Translations under genes and position numbers: made by a program
The notes under the pieces: model-generated
What the model saw: the letters and a program-made list of their open reading frames with translations, nothing else
What the model was told of the DNA's origin: nothing
Database searches by the model: none
From: an uncultured Gemmatimonadales bacterium
GTDB taxonomy: Bacteria; Gemmatimonadota; Gemmatimonadetes; Gemmatimonadales; GWC2-71-9
Direction of reading: 5' to 3'
NCBI GenBank assembly: GCA_963728915.1
Contig: CAVSLV010000001.1
Span: forward strand, 96,001-160,000
DNA length: 64,000 nt
In this document: positions 58,329 through 64,000 of the stretch, piece by piece
Layout: each line of letters begins with the position of its first letter
How positions within the stretch are numbered: position 1 is the stretch's first letter

Positions 58329-59291
58329 GCTGGAGCAGCTCGTTCAGGCGTTCGAGTTCGGACAGGTTGGAGCTCAGCTCCACGTCGCAGGCACGGACCG
58401 ACCCGATGAAACCGGCCAGGTAGTCCAGGAACCGCTTCTGATCGGTGCCTCCGGCAAACCGATGATGGTGCGAGGTCAGCTGGATCAACCGGAGCAGGGC
58501 GGGTTGAGCCTTCAAGGGGGTCACCTGCAAACGTCCGGTGATTTTCGGGAAGTACAACCGGTCGGGTCGGAAGTCCTCGAAAGGGCTCGACCGGAAGTGA
58601 TCGCCCATGCGGATTTCCTTCTTGAGGGTCCCCGCGAAATCGCGAGGCGGCACGGCGAGGGGCTCAGGGAAGAAATGCTGCTCAGTCCGCTCCGTGACCC
58701 GGGACCGCTCGTCGCCACCGCTCAACAGGAACCCCGTTGCGGTCTTCCGAAGGACAAGCCGGTCCTCACCGAGGACGGTGGCTCCCGCTCTCGCCAGCGC
58801 GAGGCAGATCGTGCTCTTGCCGGCGCCTTTTTCTCCCACGAACAGACTGACCTGATCATTCCAGTGAACCGCGGCGCCGTGGAGCACCACTCGATCGACC
58901 AGGAACAGGATCTTGTGGAGGACCACCGAGAAATGAAAATCGAGCTCGACGGCCCGGAGGTCCGGTCGCCGGACCCGGATGGTAATCCTGACCGGTTCGA
59001 CATCGAGCTGGAGATCGGCGTGAAGTGCTTCCGTCGTGATGGTGGGTCGATGCGGGTTCCCGCCGAGGAGCATGCCCGCCGGGGGCACGACGTCCGTGGG
59101 CGGTGGGCCGTTGCGCGATGCATGAATATGGAGATCGAACTGTGGCACGCGCTCCCTTCCCTCGAGGGGGGGGCGACCTCGGCTCCGAACGTCAGCCGGA
59201 CGGATTCGGCGTATCGGGGAAGCTCCGAGAAGAGACGGCCAGACCAGCTGCCGAAGTGCAGAATGTCCCCCGGATCGGAAGCTCCGGTCAT
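58321..59291 (-). CDS. HprK-related P-loop kinase, apparently frameshifted at a C8 tract
   Basis: LHGAAV, Walker A GEKGAGKST, LGED. The ATG at 59291 overlaps the upstream stop (ATGA) but is out of frame with the kinase domain; the frames join at G8 59166-59173. Confidence 0.75.
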
Positions 59292-59773
59292 TCCTCCCGA
59301 TCCGGTCTCCGCAACCCGATCCGTCGCACCCATTTTCCCGCGAGATCGCGAAGCCACCAGTCGAGCGGCAAGATCCCTTTGTGACGGGCGTATTTGAGGA
59401 GCGCGGCCCAGCGCGCCCTTCGCCACGCCAGCTGACCCGCGCCGATCCGGGCGCCACCGCGATGACGCGCTACCACTCGTCCCAGCACGTCCTCACGCGA
59501 CGCCGAGAAGGTGCGCCAGGGCCAGTTCTCGCACCACAGGGTGAGTCCACCTCGGGTCTTGCGCACCACACGGCGGGTGGGGAACCGATCGAGATGCCGG
59601 TAGGTGACGACGTCACCGATCCTGATTTGTCGCCACTGCACCGGTTCGACGATGACCTCATCACCCTCGATGAGAAACGGGCGCATGGACTCGCCGTGGA
59701 AATACAGCGTACGCCCCTGGTTCGAGACGGCAACCTGGAGTTCCTTCGCAATCAGCCGAGCCCCGGGTTCCAC
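59288..59773 (-). CDS. S24/S26 peptidase-like protein
   Basis: GESMRPFLIEGDEVIV, IRIGDVV, VLGRVV. Confidence 0.75.
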   Translation of the reverse strand: MEPGARLIAKELQVAVSNQGRTLYFHGESMRPFLIEGDEVIVEPVQWRQIRIGDVVTYRHLDRFPTRRVVRKTRGGLTLWCENWPWRTFSASREDVLGRVVARHRGGARIGAGQLAWRRARWAALLKYARHKGILPLDWWLRDLAGKWVRRIGLRRPDREE

Positions 59774-59778
59774 GCGGA

Positions 59779-60162
59779 TTATTCGCCGCTCAGGATGAGT
59801 TTCTCCAGCTCGCCGAACGGAGTGATCTGCGGCGGCTCGTAACCATCCGTGGGAGAGGTCGTCATCGCGCTCGTTTGGGCTTTGGCGGACTCCTGCGTGG
59901 CTGGCTCGAGCAGGTCAAACGCCTGGAGCTGGGAAAGGAAGCCCGAAATGTCCCCGGACAGCTGGTCCGGAGCATCGGGGAATCTGGAGCGGGCCCACGA
60001 TGACAGGTGAGCGGTGCCGATGCCCTCTTCAGCCAGGGCAAGCCAGAGAAGCGTTCCGGTCCGGTTGAGGCCGTAGTACGCCGAGGTATCCGCATTGAGG
60101 AGGACGGCCTCGCCATCGACGACGCGCCAGGCAATTTTCCCTTCGTTAACTCTATGCGCCAT
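59779..60162 (-). CDS. PqqD-family RiPP recognition element (RRE) with C-terminal leader-like tail
   Basis: WRVVDGEAVLLN...YYGLNRTGTLLW...DISGFLSQL...LL; AAAGGA RBS; tail YEPPQITPFGELEKLILSGE. Confidence 0.88.
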   Translation of the reverse strand: MAHRVNEGKIAWRVVDGEAVLLNADTSAYYGLNRTGTLLWLALAEEGIGTAHLSSWARSRFPDAPDQLSGDISGFLSQLQAFDLLEPATQESAKAQTSAMTTSPTDGYEPPQITPFGELEKLILSGE

Positions 60163-60200
60163 TACGTTTTCCTTTGATCCGGCACTGCGCTATCAAAGTC

Positions 60201-60229
60201 AATATATGCCGAAGGCTTAATGGTGCCAG
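60201..60229 (-). promoter_or_regulatory. Possible sigma70 promoter of the RRE operon
   Basis: Minus strand CTGGCA-17 nt-TATATT in an AT-richer intergenic stretch. Confidence 0.3.
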
Positions 60230-60285
60230 ATGCGATCACGACGAGGGGAAACGCCGCCGCATTGGCGAGGGTGATCGGTTGCCTG

Positions 60286-61314
60286 TTACAAGGCGGCACG
60301 AGCCTCTCGAACCCGGAGACCGGTGCGGGCCAGGGACCAGAGACCCAGCAGCACGATGGGCAGGAAGGTGGCCACGTGATAGGTGACCCCGTAGGCGACT
60401 CCGAGGCTCGCCGAGACGCCGAAGAGGGCGAGGGCCGCCGCGGCGACCAGCTCGAAGACCCCGAAATAGCCTGGCGTGCTCGGCGCCGCGACGCCGAACG
60501 CAAGCAGGGTCTGCACCAGGAGCGCGCCCGCAAAATCCACCCGGATATCGAAGGCGAAGAACGCCACATAAAAGGAAGCAGCGTTGAGTAACCAGTGGGC
60601 GATCGACCAGGACGCGGCCGGGAGCAGGCGGCGGGGATCGCGAAGGACCTCGAAGCCCCGGCGCAGGGATTCGAGCAGGGCGACGGTCCGATCCGCCAGT
60701 CGCGGAACGGGGACCACCGCCCGCACCACCCGCTCGGCGGGCCGGGGAAAGAGGATCACTCCCAGGGCGCCCACAAAAATCAGGACACACAGCAGCCCGG
60801 CCCGAAGGGCAATCTGATCCAGCCGGGCTCCCATGACTTCGGTGCTCCCCGGAAGCCCGGAGCGAAGCAGGGCGACCCCCAGGAGGCCGAGGAGGGTGAG
60901 CAGGTCGAGGGCGCGTTCCACCGCGATGGAGGAGAAACTGGCGCCGATCGGGACCTGGCCGAGGCGGCTCACCGCATAGGAGCGCACCAGCTCGCCGAGC
61001 CGGAAGGGCAGGGTGTTGTTCGCCATGAACCCCATCGCGGTCGCGTGCCAGAGCGCCGCCGGCGCGACCGGGCTGCCATCGGGTTTTCGGATCAGGTAGT
61101 GCCAGCGGATGGCGCGGACCCCGAAAGTTGCGGTGGCGAGCAGCACCGCCCCGATCAGGGGAACCGGGTGGGCCTTCCGCAGGTGGTCCAGGATTTCTCC
61201 GAAGGAGGTATCGCGGAGAATCCAGTAGAGCAGTCCAAGGGAGACCAGGACCACCCCCGCCGCGACGATTCGCCGACGGACGGTCCCCCGGGTGGCCGGG
61301 CTATTCGCGTTCAA
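60286..61314 (-). CDS. Lysylphosphatidylglycerol synthase TM-domain (flippase-like) protein
   Basis: RAIRW, GFMANNTLPFRLGELVR, VERALD, PSTPGYFGVFE; multi-TM. Confidence 0.88.
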   Translation of the reverse strand: MNANSPATRGTVRRRIVAAGVVLVSLGLLYWILRDTSFGEILDHLRKAHPVPLIGAVLLATATFGVRAIRWHYLIRKPDGSPVAPAALWHATAMGFMANNTLPFRLGELVRSYAVSRLGQVPIGASFSSIAVERALDLLTLLGLLGVALLRSGLPGSTEVMGARLDQIALRAGLLCVLIFVGALGVILFPRPAERVVRAVVPVPRLADRTVALLESLRRGFEVLRDPRRLLPAASWSIAHWLLNAASFYVAFFAFDIRVDFAGALLVQTLLAFGVAAPSTPGYFGVFELVAAAALALFGVSASLGVAYGVTYHVATFLPIVLLGLWSLARTGLRVREARAAL

Positions 61315-62140
61315 GCGCGAGCGGCACGAGGTCGAAGAGTTCGTCGACGAGATACTGGGGAAACGGGGTAGCGCCCCGGGTCTGCCACTCGGCGGCGAGC
61401 TCCAGGCGGAGCAGCTCGGCTCGTTCGAGGGCTCGCCGCCCGCGGTAGAGCAGCTGCTGGATCGGGACCGCGGTTTCCTCGGGCGGCCGGCCGTGGAGCA
61501 GCCGGAACAGGGTGGCGAAGGTTTGCTCGAACGGACTGTATTCCGCGACCGGCTCGGCGACCAGGGCCTCCATGGGAACCGGCAGCAACAGCGATTCGAT
61601 CGGGACGATCACCAGCTCGTCGGCATACAGGAGCGATTCGATCCCCACGACCGGATCGGCGTCGAACCGGACCGGGGCGGGCGCCAGGGATTCAATCGGG
61701 ACGATCAGGTCGTCGTCGGGCGCCAGCGCCGCGATCGGGACGATGTCGTCGTCCGGGGCCAGGGATTCGATCGGCACCACTTCCTCGCCGGGATCCTCCA
61801 GCTGCAACGCCTCAGCGATCCGGCGACAGAGGTCGATTTCCCCGACCGACCAGTCCTTGAGCTTGCGAAGCAGCAGCTGGCACTGGCCCACCCCTGCGCC
61901 GAGCCGTCCCGCGAGCCACGGGGTCCAGCGGACGATCCCATCCTGGTACCGGCGGGCGACGTCTTCGATGGCTCCGGCCGCCACCGCATAACCCGGGGGC
62001 CCGCCCATGAGCGCGGCGCTCCGAAGCGCGCGCGCCAGCCGGCGAAGGTGCTCCCGGTCGGGGGCCGGCTTCCGGGAGAGCTGGGCGATCCGCTCCAGGT
62101 ACTCGCCCGCTTCGAGGGCGAAGAACTCCGGACGGCTCAC
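61301..62140 (-). CDS. Hypothetical protein with Hpt-like N-terminus and VPIESL repeats
   Basis: EFFALEAGEYLE...LARALRSAALM; repeated (I/V)VPIESL; coupled to pdxJ and the flippase gene. Confidence 0.72.
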   Translation of the reverse strand: MSRPEFFALEAGEYLERIAQLSRKPAPDREHLRRLARALRSAALMGGPPGYAVAAGAIEDVARRYQDGIVRWTPWLAGRLGAGVGQCQLLLRKLKDWSVGEIDLCRRIAEALQLEDPGEEVVPIESLAPDDDIVPIAALAPDDDLIVPIESLAPAPVRFDADPVVGIESLLYADELVIVPIESLLLPVPMEALVAEPVAEYSPFEQTFATLFRLLHGRPPEETAVPIQQLLYRGRRALERAELLRLELAAEWQTRGATPFPQYLVDELFDLVPLALERE

Positions 62141-62865
62141 CCCGGGTTCCTCGCTTCGTCGACCAGCCGGCGCATGGTGGCGACCGCTTCGGTCATGCCC
62201 GTCATGATGGCGCGGCTGACGATGCTGTGGCCGATGTTGAGCTCTTCGATGTCGGGGATCGCGGCCACCGGCTGAACGTTGAGATAGGTGAGTCCATGCC
62301 CGGCATGCACCGCGAGCCCGATCTCGCGGGCATGGTGTGCCGCATCCGCAAGCAGGCCCAGCGCCCGGCCGCCGGTCCGCCAGGTCTCGGCGTACCGGCC
62401 GGTGTGCAGCTCGATCGCGGGGACTCCCAGAGCCTTGGCGGCATCGATGGTCCGGAGGTCAGGGTCGATGAACAAGGACACCCGGATGTCATGGCTCGTC
62501 AGCTGCGCGATCGCCTCGGGCAGGCGGGGATCCTGGCGGGAAAGGTCGAGTCCTCCTTCGGTGGTGATTTCCTCCCGGCGCTCGGGAACCAGGGTGGCCT
62601 GGTAAGGCCGCAGCCGGCACACGATCTCCAGCACGTCGGGAGCGAGGGCCAGCTCGGCATTGAGGACAGTTCCTACGCTCCGGGCGAGGGCCACGAGGTC
62701 GTGATCGTGAATGTGGCGGCGATCTTCGCGAAGATGGGCCGTAATCCCGTCGGCCCCCGCGGCTTCGGCGGCGGCGGCCGCCGCCACCGGATCGGGCTCG
62801 TCGGTCCGGCGGGCCTCCCGCAGCGTCGCAACGTGATCGATGTTCACGTACAGCCTCAGTGCCAC
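62137..62865 (-). CDS. pdxJ: Pyridoxine 5'-phosphate synthase
   Basis: VNIDHVATLR, HLREDRRHI, LVPERREEITTEGGLD, HAGHGL, ELNIGHSI. Confidence 0.97.
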   Translation of the reverse strand: MALRLYVNIDHVATLREARRTDEPDPVAAAAAAEAAGADGITAHLREDRRHIHDHDLVALARSVGTVLNAELALAPDVLEIVCRLRPYQATLVPERREEITTEGGLDLSRQDPRLPEAIAQLTSHDIRVSLFIDPDLRTIDAAKALGVPAIELHTGRYAETWRTGGRALGLLADAAHHAREIGLAVHAGHGLTYLNVQPVAAIPDIEELNIGHSIVSRAIMTGMTEAVATMRRLVDEARNPG

Positions 62866-62934
62866 GCAATTGCTCCCGGGAAGGGCGTTCGGTTACTTTC
62901 GCCAGTTGGCCGTGTCGGCTCCGGAGGATCCTCG

Positions 62935-63375
62935 ATGCGAATCCCGTTCCTGATTGGCGCGGCAGCCCTCGCCGCCTGTAGCAGCAACCGGTCCGCGTCG
63001 GTGTCTCCCGATCTGTCCGCAACCCAGGTGGTCCAGGCGTTCATGGGGGCGGCCGCGGACAGTAATCTGGCCCGGATGGGCGATCTGTGGGGCAACCAGC
63101 GTGGTCCCGCGAACCTGACCCGGTTTCCCCCGGAGTGGGAAAAGCGACTGTTGGTGATGCAGGTGTACCTGCGGGGCGACCGCGCGCGGATCGTGTCGGA
63201 CATGCCGGTTCCGGGGAACAAGAACCAGCGCCGGCTTTCGGTCGAGCTGCATCGCGGGTCGTGCGTCATGCAGATTCCCATCACCACGGTGCGAAGCGGC
63301 AAGGGCTGGCTGGTCGAAACGGTCGACATCAGCGCGGCGGGAAATCCGGCTCGACCCTGCGGCGTCACGCCCTGA
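62935..63375 (+). CDS. Hypothetical lipoprotein (possibly NTF2-like)
   Basis: GGAGG RBS; lipobox LAAC; VVQAFMGAA...WLVETVD; two Cys in the mature domain. Confidence 0.72.
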   Translation: MRIPFLIGAAALAACSSNRSASVSPDLSATQVVQAFMGAAADSNLARMGDLWGNQRGPANLTRFPPEWEKRLLVMQVYLRGDRARIVSDMPVPGNKNQRRLSVELHRGSCVMQIPITTVRSGKGWLVETVDISAAGNPARPCGVTP

Positions 63376-63377
63376 CG

Positions 63378-63779
63378 TCATTCGGTGAGCTCGAGCAGGA
63401 TCCCGGAGGTCGACCGGGGATGCAGAAAGGCGATCCGTCTTCCCCCGGCTCCCCGGCGCGGGGTGTCATCGATGGGCTGGTAGCCCGAGCGGCGGCAGGC
63501 CGCGAGGGCCGCGTCGAGATCGGCGACCCGGAAGCAGAGGTGGTGAATCCCGGGGCCATGACGTTCGAGGAACCTGGCGATCGGCGTGCCCGGTTCCGCA
63601 GAGAAGAGGAGCTCGATCCGGGTGTCACCCAGGGTGACCGGGACGATGGTCGCCCCATCGACGGTTTCCTGGGGGCCGGGCTCGAGGCCGAGTACCTTTC
63701 GGTAGAACGCGAGAGCCTGGTCGAGGTCGGCGACGGCGATCCCGACGTGCGCCAGATGCGGCTCCGACGATGCGGTCAT
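63378..63779 (-). CDS. mce: Methylmalonyl-CoA epimerase (VOC family)
   Basis: HVGIAV, IELL, PIARFLERHGPGIHHL, IAFLHPRSTSGILLEL. Confidence 0.88.
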   Translation of the reverse strand: MTASSEPHLAHVGIAVADLDQALAFYRKVLGLEPGPQETVDGATIVPVTLGDTRIELLFSAEPGTPIARFLERHGPGIHHLCFRVADLDAALAACRRSGYQPIDDTPRRGAGGRRIAFLHPRSTSGILLELTE

Positions 63780-63809
63780 GAACCCTGAAAGTAACGAGCA
63801 ACTACCATC

Positions 63810-64000
63810 ATGAACACCATGAATTCGAACGGCGCGATCACCCACCTGAGCGACGATTCCTTCGCGACCGACGTCGAGCAGGGCAAGGGACTCGTGCTGG
63901 TGGACTTCTGGGCGGAGTGGTGCGGTCCCTGCCGCGCGATCGCTCCGATTCTGGAACAGCTGGCGACCGCCTACGCGGGCAAGATCCGCATCACCAAGAT
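63810..64000 (+). CDS. trxA: Thioredoxin, partial at window end
   Basis: [18 protein letters not shown]; start is ATG 63810 or 63819. Confidence 0.93.
   Translation, partial: MNTMNSNGAITHLSDDSFATDVEQGKGLVLVDFWAEWCGPCRAIAPILEQLATAYAGKIRITK

Noticed and set aside
58321..59457. Track ORF of 378 aa as the true kinase start
   Set aside because: Its N-terminal part overlaps the S24/S26 gene by 170 nt and looks like off-frame sequence; the coupled ATG at 59291 plus a frameshift is more parsimonious.
59779..60162. PQQ biosynthesis gene pqqD
   Set aside because: No pqqA (ExxxY), pqqB, pqqC or pqqE nearby; it is a generic RRE.
60214..60228. Sigma54 -24/-12 promoter (TGGCAC...GC) upstream of the RRE gene
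   Set aside because: GG-to-GC spacing is one base short of the strict consensus and the TTGC element is absent.
61570..61790. CRISPR-like array
   Set aside because: The repeats are in-frame coding repeats without unique spacers, and there are no cas genes.

Overview
High-GC bacterial chromosomal window. Gene order and content (ispE-tRNA-Gln-prs-rplY-pth-ychF, rpsF-rpsR-DUF2232-rplI-rsfS, rpmE-prfA-prmC-ylbF-tmk, smc, pdxJ, ASPIC/UnbV FG-GAP lipoproteins) suggest Gemmatimonadota, which is an inference. Most of it is housekeeping: translation, cofactor synthesis, envelope and pxpABC. No integrase, transposase, CRISPR array or rRNA was seen. The best candidate for a new system is around ispE (53.6-60.2 kb). 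A tightly coupled minus-strand operon there encodes a PqqD/RRE protein, a degenerate S24/S26 peptidase-like protein, an HprK-related kinase split by a C8 homopolymer frameshift, and a GT4 glycosyltransferase, with a second convergent GT4. About 3.5 kb from the end of that operon is an unannotated 38-aa peptide gene with its own promoter, RBS and terminator. Its N-terminal leader-like motif aligns without gaps to the C-terminal tail of the RRE protein. No lasso cyclase or radical SAM gene is present, so this may be a non-lasso phospho/glyco-RiPP or a peptide-signalling system. Other points: an S41 protease homologue missing its Ser/Lys/Gln catalytic residues, a perfect 13-bp palindromic operator between pxpABC and a MarR gene, several apparently leaderless genes, two probable CTG starts, an S6:S18-type rpsF leader, a long hairpin before rsfS, and a pseudo-Hpt protein with VPIESL repeats. 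All calls are from motif recognition by eye; no searches were run.
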